From the human T2T-CHM13v2.0 reference genome, Homo sapiens, in NCBI RefSeq assembly GCF_009914755.1, contig NC_060931.1: a stretch of DNA of 64,000 nt; one strand, given 5' to 3'. A model generated the notes under the pieces. It made no database searches, was not told the DNA's origin, and saw nothing but the letters and a program-made list of their open reading frames with translations. A program made the position numbers and the translations under genes. Position 1 is the stretch's first letter, and each line of letters begins with the position of its first letter. Shown in pieces: positions 41,411 to 60,261 of the stretch.

Positions 41411-43214
41411 TAAGTTTCTTTATCTATAATTTTGATATTTAAATGCTTACATAAATCTTCCATTTTAAATTACAAGTATTTTAAGACAAGGACTTAGATT
41501 TTTTTTTTATACTGCACCAGGGTCCTAGATGACCTGGTTAATCTAAAGCGTTCTTAATTGACTTCTTCTTTGATAATATAGATACATTTGAAAAAGATGG
41601 GTATCTTAGGTAGTTTGTCCAATATTGTTACAAGTAATTAATGTGCTTCAAGAATTATTTCTATCTTATACCTCATATGTAATTTGCAATTCTGGTTTGT
41701 AACCAAGGTTTGATATTGACTTAGCTTTCTAGGACACTGAACCCATTTTTTTCCATTTATTTTATTTTTAAATTGTCTCCCAAAGCAACGTAATTATGAA
41801 TTTAAATATTGGCAACAAACGATTTATTATATTCTAGTGTCTAGTTTATGTACTGTTAAATCTATTATGGAGCCTTCAAATGAAATGAAAATTGATTCAT
41901 TGTTAAAATAAAGTAAATATTTCTGTTGTTTGTGTTTTCCCATTTGTGAGCTTACAGAAAGTAAAGGATATTAGCTCAGTCAAATGTGAACATATCCCTG
42001 CTGGGACTAAAGGGTTCACCTGCTCTGTGCACCTTGGCATAGATACTTGTTGAAAACAAACTTTTATTTTTATTAGTCTCAATGATGTATGAAATGAAAT
42101 ATCCTTGCCAACTTCAGATAATGGACTGAGTTTTGCTATGCTCAATTACTTCTTTGAATGTTTGTGTGTTCAATTCTACTTACATTTATTTTTTAACTAT
42201 AAGTATACCTTTTAATTTATTCAAAAGAATAGTACAATCATGATTTAGATATAATAAATGATTATTGGGAACAATTTTGGAAATTCCATTGTAACATGTT
42301 ACTACATTCCGCATGTTAATGTGTGAAGAAATATAGTGCTTTCTTCATTTATGTAGTTTACAAATACCTCCAAAAGCACTCAGGACAATTCTTTGCTGGG
42401 GAAAGTAAATACGTTTGAATAATTCTGAGCCACATTATCAATATCTGAAAATTCTTGCATTGGACTCATAGTGATCTCAATTGTCCATGTTTAGGATCAA
42501 TTTTAAGATAATTGAGTTTGAGATCCACAGGTTTCGAAATTCATTTTGCAAGCATAAAATATTTTAAACTATAGAGATTTGTAGGAGAGAAATAAATTTC
42601 AAAATTTAGCTTAAAGTGTGAATAATATACCTCTCCCTCATTATATTAAAATGCTAATTTTTTTCAAAAATGATATGATTTATTTCTAACGTATATATAT
42701 ATATATTCAAATATTTCAGAAGTACAAATACATATTCAATGTAATAAAAACTATAGGTAAATATTGAATTAAGAGAGTCTGTTATTGATACAAGTGAGAT
42801 GCTCAACCATTTCTTATTCTTACTTATACTTGGATATATTTCAATTTTGCTTCCCTATTTACAGAGACTCAACACAGAGTAAAAACTGAGTTAGTACCTA
42901 CAAGGCATGATTCAGGGAACAATCTTTTATAACAAATTAGTAATTCACAATTTCTACCTCATTTCAGTTAGATGTCAGAGGAAAGTTATTATAATTGGCA
43001 CTCTAACTTCAGACCTTGATGATTATACAATATTTTATGTTAAATTTTTTTCCTTTTATTGTTAGAGAAACTCTTAACTACAATTGTAATATACTTCTTA
43101 GTTTGAACACTGGAGGCCCAATTCCAACTTTTTTGTATAAAACACACCCCTTTTTTACCCCACATAGACAAATTATTCGGTGTGACTTGAAAGAAATATT
43201 CTGATGTATATCCA

Positions 43215-43640
43215 TGTCTTAGGTTATCTTTCTCATAGTAAAGTTGGGAGGAGGAGCTTTTATTTAGGAAAGACAGTGTTCTTGGGAAAAACTGTTGTAA
43301 GGGAGTGAAGGAAGCAGAACTGGGCAGAAGTTACACTCGAATGCATTTGAAAAAGAGGTCACAGTTCATCTTAGGAGAAGCACTGAAGCTGGGGTGGCTC
43401 CTAAAACTTGTCCCAAGTTGAGGCAAGGGGGAAAAATCTTTGTACCCTCACATTGACCAGTTATTGGATGCAGTTTGGCCCTAGATAGAGTGTGAAACTT
43501 AGGGTGAAGCAGCTCTCTTTGGCTAAGTGCAATTTTCTGCTATGCTCTGAGCTCTGGGCTATTGGCAACCCAAACCCCTAGAGCTCATGTGCCTCAGTCC
43601 TGAAGGGCAAATCTGGGTTGTGTACCACAGTCCACCCAGC
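43215..43640 (-). mobile_element. LTR33-family ERVL LTR
   Basis: gtaagggagtgaaggaagcagaactgggcag; ttgtcccaagttgaggcaagggg...ttgtaccc; cagttattggatgc; atctgggttgtgtaccacag match the remembered LTR33 reverse complement. Confidence 0.7.
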
Positions 43641-44178
43641 ATGCTGCCCATGTTCACTTGTTTCATATGGTAAATTCATAGGATCTGGGAAAAACAGCTC
43701 ATTCAGAATTCTCATTAATCTCTTTTCCTGAGAAACATCTGAAGAAGATTAGTTTCAGGCCTACACTATAGCTGTTCTCAGGATCACGGTGAATATTCAT
43801 CACCTCCTTCTTCTGTAAATCATTCTAGGCTCCTTCCACTCTTGGTTAGCACATCTGCTGTCTAGGTAGCTTAATGTGTGGAGTAATCTAGACTTTCATC
43901 CCTGAGGAGGTCAGACCCCGGTCACCATATCCTACTATATTTGTCTTTTTATCTTCAAAATTGGGTGAAAACTTACCAAGAGATATCCAAATAGATGATC
44001 TGGGTATAAAACTCATTCTTCTGTGTTCTAATTTTATTACCTCAGTCCTGCCTCTTCCTAATGTTGAGTTCATTATCCCTTTCACAATGGTGACTCCTTG
44101 CTTTCTTGTTAGTCTTATTGCCTGAGGAACCCAGTGTAACACTAGCTTAAAGCTTAATGGGGCTTTTACTATACTCTT

Positions 44179-44533
44179 TGATATGGCTCTGTGTCCCCAC
44201 CCAAATCTGATCTCGAATGGTAATCCCCTCGTGTTCAGGGAGGGACCTGGTGGGAGGTGATTGGCTCATGGGGACGCTTTCTCCCATGTTGTTCTCATGA
44301 TATTGAGTGCTCACAAAATCTGGTGGTTTAAAGATGGCAGTTTCCCCTTCTCTCTCTTTCTCCTGCAGCCTTGTGAAGAAGGCGCTTGCTTCTCCTTCAC
44401 CTCTCGCCATGATTGTAAGTTTCCTGAGGCTTTCCCAGCCATGTGGATATGTGAACCAATTAAAACTCTTTGATTTATAAATTACCCAGTCTCAGATAGT
44501 ATCTTTATAGCAGTGTGAAAATGGACTGATACA
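44179..44533 (+). mobile_element. THE1 (C/D-like) MaLR solo LTR
   Basis: tgatatggctctgtgtccccacccaaatct...ccatgattgtaagtttcctgaggc...atggactgataca; perfect 5-bp TSD ctctt. Confidence 0.93.
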
Positions 44534-44685
44534 CTCTTCAACAGAGTTATGTTTACTCTGGGAGCCAGAGTAAACCCATAAAGTCCAGAGTCACAAATTA
44601 TTCAAGTAAGTCAGTGGGTAAGATAGTAACTAGGGCCATTCCTATATTCTCTGGTTCCTGGACCCATATATTCTAATATTCTACC

Positions 44686-44910
44686 CATATATATTTATAT
44701 GTGTGTATATACACACACACACACACACACATCACACATATACATAAGTCAATTAATGTTATGTGATTCTGTATCCACAGTGGGAAGACTATTAGAATAT
44801 ATGATGTATACATATATATATTTATGTGTGTGTGTATATATATGTGTGTGTATATATATATGTACATACACATATATGTGTGTGTATGTATATATATATA
44901 CATACACACA
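44686..44910. repeat. Compound (TA)/(CA)/(TG) microsatellite region
   Basis: Direct inspection. Confidence 0.9.
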
Positions 44911-45134
44911 CGGGAGTCAGTTTGCCATTCCTTCCACAATCCCGCAGGGTACATTTAGCAATGTCTGGGAATGTTTTTGGTTTTCACAATTGGGTTAGGG
45001 TGACCCTGAAATCTAGTGAGCAGATTTTGTGATCTAGTAATTCTAATAAATATACTATAAAACACTGTAAAACCCACTAACACATAAAAATTATCTGATC
45101 CAAAATTTCCGTAGTACAGAGGTCAGAAAGCCTT
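44911..45134 (+). mobile_element. MER20 hAT-Charlie MITE
   Basis: cagggtacatttagcaatgtctggg...tttttggttttcacaattggg...aattatctgatccaaaat...gaggtcagaaagcc. Confidence 0.75.
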
Positions 45135-45444
45135 ACATTAGCTCATCAGGCTACAGGCTTCTGGCCATTATGATATGACTACCAGATCCGATGGTCATGT
45201 GCCAGCTGTAATTTTTCTTCTGCCATGAAGTGTTTGTTTGGTCTTGCTGGACATCATACCATATAATGATGTCCCCTTCAGACTGAGACACTCTAGTTCA
45301 GGGGGTTTGGGTTGCCAATACATCACAGCTGAGATACAACATTTTATAAGAGCTTAGATTATGGTTCTGCTATGACAGTATTAATAGGAAAAGCTAACCC
45401 ATATCTGGAATATGTGTCGTGTTTATCCCAGTTAATGATAATTA

Positions 45445-45894
45445 CAGTTGGCCATTGAACAACACAGGTTTGAACTGCATGAGTCCATTTATACACTAAT
45501 TTTCTTTGCCCTCTGCCACCTCCCACCACTGAGACAGCAAGATCCACCCTTCCTCTTGCTCTTTCTCTCCATCCTACTCATTGTGAATATAAGAATAAAG
45601 ACCCTTTAAGATTATCCACTTCCACTTAATGAAAAGTAAATACATATTCTCTTCCCTATAATTTTCTTAATAACATTTTCTTTTCTCTAGTTTACTTTAT
45701 TGTAAGAATACAGTATATAATACATATAACATACACAATATATGTTAATCAATGTTCATGTAATCAGTTAAGGCTTCCAGTCAACAGTAAGCTATTAGTG
45801 GTTACATTTTTGGGGAATCAAAAGATGTATGTGGATTTTTAACTAAGTAGGAGCTTCAATACCCCTAACCCCCACATTCTTCATAGGTCAACTG
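45445..45894 (+). mobile_element. Tigger2a (MER28) MITE
   Basis: ta|cagttggccattgaacaacacaggtttgaactgc ... ggtcaactg terminal inverted repeats; internal tactttattgtaagaatacagtatataatacatataacatac. Confidence 0.88.
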
Positions 45895-46842
45895 CACTGC
45901 TTTTTCAGGGTATAAAGTATCTGATGTAATGAACTAACCATTAAATGATAAGTTGGCCTCCTCAAAAAATGATGTCCAGTTAGGAAATCAGTATTGATTT
46001 ATGTTTCTGCAAGTTTTGACATTTGACAATAACGACAGCTAAATTCATCTTGGAAAACAGAAGGCTAAGCTGTTTCAATATGCATAGGCTCCACCCCTGG
46101 CAATCATGGCAATTTTATTCATACTCTGACAGTTGATGAAAGAGGCAGATTGAAATCAGTTGGATGGATTATTGTATCTGTATGGCTCTTTAATTCTTCT
46201 GCCATGTTAAATAGTTATTGGTGTGTTAACATGTGAATCAAAGATCATCATACTTTGTGCCCACTCACGTATGAACAACTGAATAACTCTTCCTCACACC
46301 TCTTTATCCTTCACCATCCTATCGTTCCCCTTCAAAGATAATATGCAGCTATCCAGGCCATTTATCATTCCCTGCTATTTCATGTATATAATTAGTGTGA
46401 GGTGCTTCTATTTAGCAAAACATAATGGCTAGGTACAACACCTAAAGCTCAGCATAGTGGGAGGATTTTGCTTCAGCCCCACTTTTCAGAGCCACCCCTG
46501 AGTGTGAAATGAAGTAGCAATACATTTTTTATTTGCACCAGTACACCAAGGCACTTCATCCATGAGCAGCATTTAGACATTTTCCTCATCCATAATAATG
46601 TGTAAGAGACTGTCCCCCCAACATGGATATAAGTTTGAGTTGAAAGAAATATCTATAATTTCATTTTGTCTCAAATGGTGATATAAAAACTAAACAACCT
46701 ATTGTCCACCTTTAATGAGAGAATAAAATAAGATTATAAATATATAAAATTCATTGGAATATAGAAAAATATGATATTGTTAATACTTTTATCATATAAC
46801 AAAGCAAAAATAATATTATGATAAACAGAGATTCAATAAATA

Positions 46843-47458
<616 letters not shown>

Positions 47459-47595
47459 TTACTGTTAGGGGTCTACTTATACTATCTGAAAGGATTCAAT
47501 GGGCAATTTCTCTAAATCTAAGGAGTGTTTGTCTGTATGTAAAGAATGTAAAGTAAAATACTGCTTCCTTCATCAACAAAGTCTTGACAAGTGAC

Positions 47596-47897
47596 TGCTA
47601 TGGTCTGAATGTTTTCAAAATTCACATGTTGAAATACCAACCCCCAAAGGAGGTAATTAGGTCATTAGTGCCATTATAAAAAGACACCAAAGAAATCGCT
47701 CTTCCCTTCCAAAATATGAGGACACAGAGAGAAAGCACCACCTATGAACCAGAAAGCAGGACCTCACCAGACACTAAATCGATGAGTGCCTTGATCTTGA
47801 ACTTCCAAATCTTCAGAACTGTGAGAAATAAATTTCTGATGTTTATAAAATGCCCAATTTATGATATTTTTTGTAGCAGCCCAAACTTACTAAGACA
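47596..47897 (+). mobile_element. MLT1A/MLT1A0 MaLR solo LTR with internal deletions
   Basis: tgctatggtctgaatgtt...gccttgatcttgaacttcc...agaactgtgagaaataaatttctg...actaagaca; imperfect TSD gtgac/gagac. Confidence 0.85.
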
Positions 47898-48054
47898 GAG
47901 ACAAACAAAGATCAATAAAATCACACAGTTGCAAGGAATAATGCTCTCAAGACAAAACTGGACTATTTTACAATTTGTCTTTGGTTCTTCACTCCTAGGA
48001 AAAGATGTTTTAGGTTCTTAAAGCAGATGTTTTCTAAATAGTCCTAAGTGATGG

Positions 48055-53500
<5,446 letters not shown>

Positions 53501-53529
53501 AAATCCACTTTGCAGATATGCTAATTTAA

Positions 53530-53556
53530 ACACACACACACACACACACACACACC
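53530..53556. repeat. (CA)n microsatellite
   Basis: About 12 CA units. Confidence 0.95.
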
Positions 53557-54210
53557 ACAACACTGAACACTCTTTACAACATATTTTTTTCTTATTGACA
53601 GGCCTGTGACCGAACAAAAATTGCAATGCATGTGCTTTTATAGGCGTGTAACAGCATAATACCTATTCTGTTTTGCATTAAGACCTCTGAAAAAAGGAAT
53701 GATGAGAAAGACAGATGTTGGATACTTTTCTATATTGAATAATGTTACAATATGCACACACCAAGAGAACAACCAATCCTTTTATTTATAATTAATTTTC
53801 ATGTTGAATCATTTATTTTATTATATTTACCTTAGGGTAGCATTCCTTAGGATTTTATTTTCTAGATGGCTTACTGAGCAGTTGTATGAAATCATCTTGG
53901 AGTTAATAATTAGTTCAAATAATATTCAAAATGACAAAACTGCACATGTATAGCCAAATGATGATATTTTGTCTGAAACATTGAAGAGTGGAATTGATGA
54001 GCTCTTAGGATTTTTTGCACTTCTAAAATGAGAAGATTGATACTTTTGGTTACAAATCATTCTTTCTGAATCCAGTGTTTTATTTTGGATTGTAACAAGA
54101 TACCTTTTACCTCTAAATCCTTTAAACTTATATTCTGTTTTCCACTAACAATTTAGATACTCACTAGGTTGTATCAACTACTTTCTCTGTTAGTAAAAGT
54201 TAAAAAATCT

Positions 54211-54560
<350 letters not shown>

Positions 54561-54747
54561 AAAAATGTACATTTTGTCTTTTTCTTCTTCTAATGGATGA
54601 TTATTGCCAAGGATAAATGTCATTTCAGTGCTTTAATGCAGTCTGATAGTCAAAATAGTTTCAGGCACTAGCAGTAAGATCATATATCTTTGGGCAAGAA
54701 GATCGTGCATATAGCCCTTTTTCTGCAAGATACATGTATTGCAGAAG

Positions 54748-54780
<33 letters not shown>
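54748..54780. repeat. (TA)n microsatellite
   Basis: Direct inspection; one G interruption. Confidence 0.95.
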
Positions 54781-54781
<1 letters not shown>

Positions 54782-56845
54782 TTCAATCTGTATGTTTCAT
54801 CCTACAGATTGAAATATGAAGAAAATCTAAACAATAAAATACAAGAAGTTATCCTGAAACTTAAATTAATTTTCTTTTAATCCCTTTAAAAGAAAATTAA
54901 AGGAATTGTTAATAATGGTTTCTTCAAGCTTCAATTCCTAAGACTGCTAAGGAAGTGCTAGTACTTTCAGTTATAAGTAAACCAATTTAAAAAAAACCAC
55001 CATTTGCATAGCATATTTAAGAATACACTCTGTGGTATCTAATTATAGCCAAAATTATATTTTATAAATATGCCGTAGACAACATTTTCAGTAAGAGTAG
55101 TTCTTCTAAACATTTAGAAAACTAAACTATTTCCAGTTGTCTATTAATAGTTACCATAATAAAGAATGCATCACCCAGGCACATTTTCTTCTCCCATGAA
55201 CAAAAGTAAAGTGTTAGCTATACTCTGCCTGCTTTTTCTAGAATTACAAGGTACAATTCTCAATGGAAATGAACTAAATTTTAAGAGTGATATGTAAGAT
55301 ATTGTTCTCCTGAGCCTAAGTTTCAGTTAGTGAAGACAGCCAATACAAATACATCTATTCATTGCACAAAGAGAATAGATTCATGGGGTGAGAAAAATTG
55401 TCAGTTTACCAAAAATACCCAGGCAAAGTCTTGAACTAAACAATCTCCAGTATAAATTGTATGCTTAAATACTTTTATTATGAGGATATTAATATAACTA
55501 AGTAGCCACTTATTAATGAATGGATTGAACAGAATCATTTTATGGTAGTTTACAGCATTAATATTCTATTATACAACTAATAAGTATTTTTAAATAAAGA
55601 GTTTTTAAACTGAATTCAGGACTATTTAGAAGCAAAAGTAAAAACCAAAAGACAGAATTGTGGTATTAAGGAAAGTAGATGGTTAAAAGAACTTAAGACA
55701 CAATATTACATTTCATTTGTTGCAAAAATTATCACCAACTTTTAAAAGATACATAAAATATATTATACTAGAGAGAATAATAATCTATTTCATTCTGCTG
55801 ATAATAAGAGTATTGGTAGAAATATAGAATACAGAACGGAATTTATAACTTATTTCAAATGCATGCACTTCCCTATGAAGTTGTGTTATGTGTGACAAAT
55901 ACCTGACTATGTCCTCAAAGATTGTGAAAATTCATTCTATAATGCTCCACTTATTAGTGTCACCACAAATTATTTCTAAAGTCCTGAGTAGTTTCCTCAT
56001 ACCTAGGAAAAAGAGATGCCCTAGTATCCTCTTACTTATAATCAACCATGTGGGAAGCTGTCATCTCCTATTCCTCAGAATATAACTCAGTCCAATAGAT
56101 TTTTAATGGCATGCAATCATACTTTAAAAGGAGTCTGTTTTCCTTACCAGATAAGGAGGGATGAAGACTGCATATTTCTGAGAGAGCATATAGACTAATC
56201 TGAAAGTAGGATAAAATAATGTTTTAGATTCTTTCCTGGGAACAGATTTTGGTATGAGTAGAGAAAGACAAAAGGTAAAACACTAGACAGAAAAATATGT
56301 GATGGGGCCAAACAGAAGGAGGACAGTGAAACAGAAAGATTAATTACTTCAAATTAAACTATTTTAATTACTTTAAAGTTAATTACTTTAGAGTTTTAAC
56401 AAAAGACAATCCTATGCTTCCTTTATATCGTTTCTCAGAATTTGACAATATTGCTTGATTCAGAGAAACTCAGAATCATCCCTAGTTTCTTAATAACTAT
56501 GGCATTCAGCTTCCCACATAAGAAAAATTATTTGCTATCTTACCCTTAAAAATCACTTTCTTAAAAACCTAAGGCATAATTTATATATAATATATGCAAA
56601 AACATTACATGTACAGTTGTATGTTTTGACTAATTAGAGTATTTGTACACTTCTTTAAATCTTCAAATGCCCATTTTCAGTAAATAAACTCCAAAGTCAA
56701 ACACGGTTTGATTTTTATAAACATAGCTTAGATTTGACTGTTTTAGAACATAATATTAATGGATTAAAACATATGTTCTCTTTTCTATCCTGCCTCTGTA
56801 GCTCAGCCTACTATTTTAAGATTCATGTTATTGAAAATAATTTTT

Positions 56846-57369
56846 ATGTTGCTTTCTTGTAAATTTGTTTGAGTTATTTGCAGATTCTGGATATTAGCCC
56901 TTTGTCAGATGAGTAGATTGCAAAAATTTTCTCCCATTCTGTAGGTTGCCTTTTCACTCTGATGGTAGTTTCTTTTGCTGTGCAGAGGCTCTTTAGTTTA
57001 ATTAGATCCCATTTGTCAATTTTGGCTTTTGTTACCATTGCTCTTCGAGTTTTAGACATGAAGTCCTTGCCCATGCCTATGTCCTGAAAGGTATTGCCTA
57101 GGTTTTCTTCTAGGGTTTTTATGGTTTTAGGTCTAATAATTAAGTCTTTAATCCATCTTGAATTAATTTTTGTATAAGGTGTAAGGAAGGGATCCAGTTT
57201 CAGCTTTCTACATATGGCTAGCCAGTTTTCCCAGCACTGTTTATTAAATAAGGAATCCTTTCCCCATTTCTTGTTTTTGTCAGGTTTGTCAAAGAACAGA
57301 TGGTTGTAGATATGTGGTATTATTTCTAAGGGCTCTGTTCTGTTCCATTGGTCTATATCTCTATTTTTC
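56846..57369 (-). mobile_element. Young L1PA (about PA3-6) internal ORF2 fragment without a 3'UTR
   Basis: Uninterrupted 165-aa ORF ([10 protein letters not shown]...[22 protein letters not shown]...KWDLIKLKS), very close to L1 ORF2. Confidence 0.93.
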
Positions 57370-58138
57370 AATTTTTAATTTTCATGGTACACAACAATTA
57401 TACATATTTATTGGGTACATATGATATTTTTATATGAGCATACAATATGTAGTGACCAAATAAGGGTAATTGGGATATTCATTACCTCATTCACTTACCA
57501 TTTCTTTGTTTTAGGAACATTCTAATTCTACTTGTCTAGCTATTTTAAAATACACAATAAATTATTGTGAACCATAGTAGCCATATTGTGATACCAAATA
57601 CTTGATCTTATTCTTTCTATCTAACTACATTTTTGTACCCATTAACCAACCCTTGCCCCATTCCCTTCCCAGTCCCTGGTAACCATCATTCTACTCTACG
57701 TCTCCATGCAATCGATGCTTTTTGGCTCCCACATATGTATGATTACAGGCAATATTTGTCTTTCTGTGATTGGTTTATTTCACTTAACATAATGTCCTTC
57801 AGTTCCATCCATTTTGTTGCAAATAACCGGATTTCATTCTTTTATGTGGCTGAAAAATATACCATTGTTTCTATATTACATTTTCTTTATATTCTTCCAT
57901 CAATAAAAACTTGAACTGATTCTATATTTGGGCTATTGTGAATAATGCTGCAATAAATATGGGAATGCAGCTATCTCTTTTACATACTAATTTTAATGCA
58001 TTTGGATATGTATGTAACAGTGGAATTGCTGGATCATATGGTAGTCCTATTTTTAGTTTTTTGAAGAACCTCCATACTGTTCTTCATAGTGTTTGCACTA
58101 ATTTACATTGCCACCAACAGTACCCAAGGGTACTCCTT
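57370..58138 (-). mobile_element. L1MA (about MA2-4) 3' end
   Basis: gggtacatatgatattt...agggtaattgggatattcattacctca; ggaattgctggatcatatggtagt; ccatactgttcttcatagtg. Confidence 0.88.
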
Positions 58139-58722
58139 GAGAAAGTTTATAGTTCTTTGTTTATATTGCTGAGTAGTTTACAATTGTACTACTATACCAT
58201 AATTTATGCATCCATCTACCTGCTAAAGGATATGTTCAATGTTGGAACTATAATGACCATTTTGTGTAAATATAGGTATTCTATTGCCAAGCTGTTTCCC
58301 AAATGGCACCATTTTCTACTCTCAACCACAACTCATGAGAGTTCTAACTGCTCTACAACCTCATCCATATGTGGTGTAGTAAGCCCTTTTTATTTTAGCC
58401 ATTTTGGTTGGTGTGACATTTTAACTCAAAGTGATTTAATATCCACTTTCTTTATGACTATTAAGTCAGTCAACTTTTCATAGGCATAGTGGGCATAGTT
58501 GACATTTACTTACTTTTTTGTGTCTGGGGTCGATGTCATTTATCCTATTTTTAGTACGTTATTTGTCTTTTTATTATTGAGTTGTAGGAGATCTTTATAT
58601 ATTCTGAATGTCAATATTTAGTCAAACACATATAGGTAATATTTTCTTTCAGTGCGAGGCTTGTCTTCTCATTTGGTTAAGGTATCTTTAGAGCAAGGGG
58701 CAGCAAACTACATCCTAATTTA

Positions 58723-58861
58723 CTTTTATTTTATGTTTTATTATAGAGACAAGGTCTTGCAAGTTGCTCAGGCTGGTCTTTAAACTTCTGGGCTCAAGTG
58801 ACCCTCCTTCCTTGGCCTTCTAAAACCCTGGAATTACAGATGTGAGTCACTGTGCTCCACC
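58723..58861 (-). mobile_element. FLAM / Alu left monomer
   Basis: tagagacaaggtcttgc...gttgctcaggctggtct...ctgggctcaagtga...gtgagtcactgtgc. Confidence 0.8.
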
Positions 58862-59184
58862 CTATAATTCTAGATTCATGCTTAGGTATAAGTTACACAT
58901 TGAGCTAATTTTTAAGTATGGTAGAATTCAATTTATAAACCAAGGCCTGCCTCAGCCTCTGTGGGAATATCAAGTTGTTCCAGCACCATTTGGTAAAAAG
59001 GCTGTCCTTTTCTTACTGAATTACCTATACTTATGTTTAAACATGGCACCATCTATCCCATTGGTGTTTTCGTGTATCATCATACTAATAACATATTTTT
59101 TATTTCATTTTCTACATTGTTTTGTCTCTACTAAGTCTTTTAAATGTCCATATTAATTTTAGTTTAAGTTTGTCATCTTCTTCA

Positions 59185-59835
59185 AAAGTTCATTTTTGTA
59201 TATAATGTAAGGAAGGGGTCCAGTTTCAATCTTCTTCATATGGCTGGCCAGTTATCCCAGCACCATTTATTGAATAGGGGGTCTTTTACCCATTGCTTGT
59301 TTTAGTCAGTTTTGTCAAAGATCAGATAGTCGTAGGTGTGTGGCCTTATTTCTACACTCTGTATCCTGTTCCTTTGGTCTATATGTCTGTTTTTGTTACC
59401 AGTATCATGCTGTTTTGCCTACTGTAGCCCTGTAGCATAGTTTGAAGTCAGGTAACAGATGCCTCCAGCTTTGTTCTTTTTGCTTAGGATTGTCTTGGCT
59501 ATTCAATCTCATTTTTGTTTCCTTATAAATTTTAAAATAGGCTTTTCTGGTTCTGTGGATAATGTCATCAGTAGTTTGATAAGAATAGCATTGTATTTGT
59601 AAATTGTGTTGGGCAGTATGGCCATTTTAATGATATTGATTCTTCCTATCCATGAGCATGGAATGTTTTTCCATTTGTTTGTATCTTCTTTGATTTCTCT
59701 GAGCAGTGTTTTATAATTCTCATTGTAGAGATTTTTCACTTCCCTAGTTAGCTGTATTCCTAGCTATTTTATATTTTTTGTGACAATTGTGATTGTGATT
59801 GCCTTCATAATTTGGCTCTTGGCTTGGCTCTTGTT
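59185..59835 (-). mobile_element. L1PA (older, about PA13-16) ORF2 internal fragment
   Basis: ORF 59509-59739 [36 protein letters not shown]. Confidence 0.9.
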
Positions 59836-59847
59836 CATGTATGTGAA

Positions 59848-59992
59848 TGCAAATGGAAAAAAGAAAAAGCAGGGGTTGCAATCCTAATTTCAGACAAAAC
59901 AGACTTCAAACTAACAAGGATCAAAAAAGACAAAGAAGGGCATTACATAATGCTAAACGGTTCAATTCAACAAGAAGATCTAACTATCCTAA
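59848..59992 (+). mobile_element. L1PA ORF2 endonuclease fragment, opposite orientation to its neighbour
   Basis: KAGVAILISDKTDFK...KKDKEGHYIMLNGSIQQEDLTIL. Confidence 0.9.
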
Positions 59993-60145
59993 GGCAGTTA
60001 AAGAACAAGAACGATAAGGAAGAATGTTAATTTATCATCTAAGAACGAGAAATACAAAACATGCCACATGACTTAGTCTCCAGTACTTAACCTCTCCATT
60101 GACATAATAAATTTAGAGGGTCCTGAAATTTTCTTTTATTTTACA
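59993..60145 (-). mobile_element. MER4-group ERV1 LTR 5' fragment
   Basis: Minus strand tgtaaaataaaagaaaatttcaggaccctctaaatttattatgtcaatggagaggttaagtactggagactaagtcatg. Confidence 0.55.
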
Positions 60146-60261
60146 GGTACAATAAGAAACCTGGGTGTTGGCTCACAGGAGACGAATACTGTGTCTGTAA
60201 AGATGCCAGAGGCCAAGGAGACACATTCATTTTCAACACGAGCCTAAAGTCAAAAATCAAA

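Larger units (their letters stand above)
43641..46660 (-). mobile_element. ERVL internal remnant (RNase H/integrase region) attached to LTR33, interrupted by THE1, simple repeats, MER20 and Tigger2a
   Basis: Reverse strand shows ERVL-like motifs near 46440-46480 (GKSS..AEL) and 46350-46390 (YT....INGL), plus integrase-like text at 45370-45440 and 45895-46120. Confidence 0.6.
56560..59180 (-). mobile_element. Old L1M (L1ME/MB-like) 3' region hosting nested L1PA, L1MA and FLAM
   Basis: Antisense L1 3'UTR motifs at 56570-56835 resume at 58140 (tattgctgagtag..., tgccaagctgtttcccaaatgg, ttgagttgtaggag...tatattctg). Confidence 0.65.

Noticed and set aside
42019-42044. Possible minus-strand ATG-containing exon (MPRCTEQ|gtgaac)
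   Set aside because: Weak splice sites, and its phase does not fit the A-B-C frame.
44673-45032. Cys/Tyr/His/Thr-rich ORFs (also 61789-62058)
   Set aside because: They are translations of (CA)/(TG)/(TA) microsatellites.
56340-56392. Three copies of ttaattactt
   Set aside because: Short AT-rich degenerate repeat with no regular spacer structure; not CRISPR-like.
56874-57371. 165-aa ORF as a functional CDS
   Set aside because: It is an internal L1 ORF2 fragment with no promoter or true start; the open frame reflects its young age.
57938-58483. Longest ORF in the track (181 aa)
   Set aside because: It is antisense to L1MA/L1M sequence, crosses an element junction, and has no recognisable domain.
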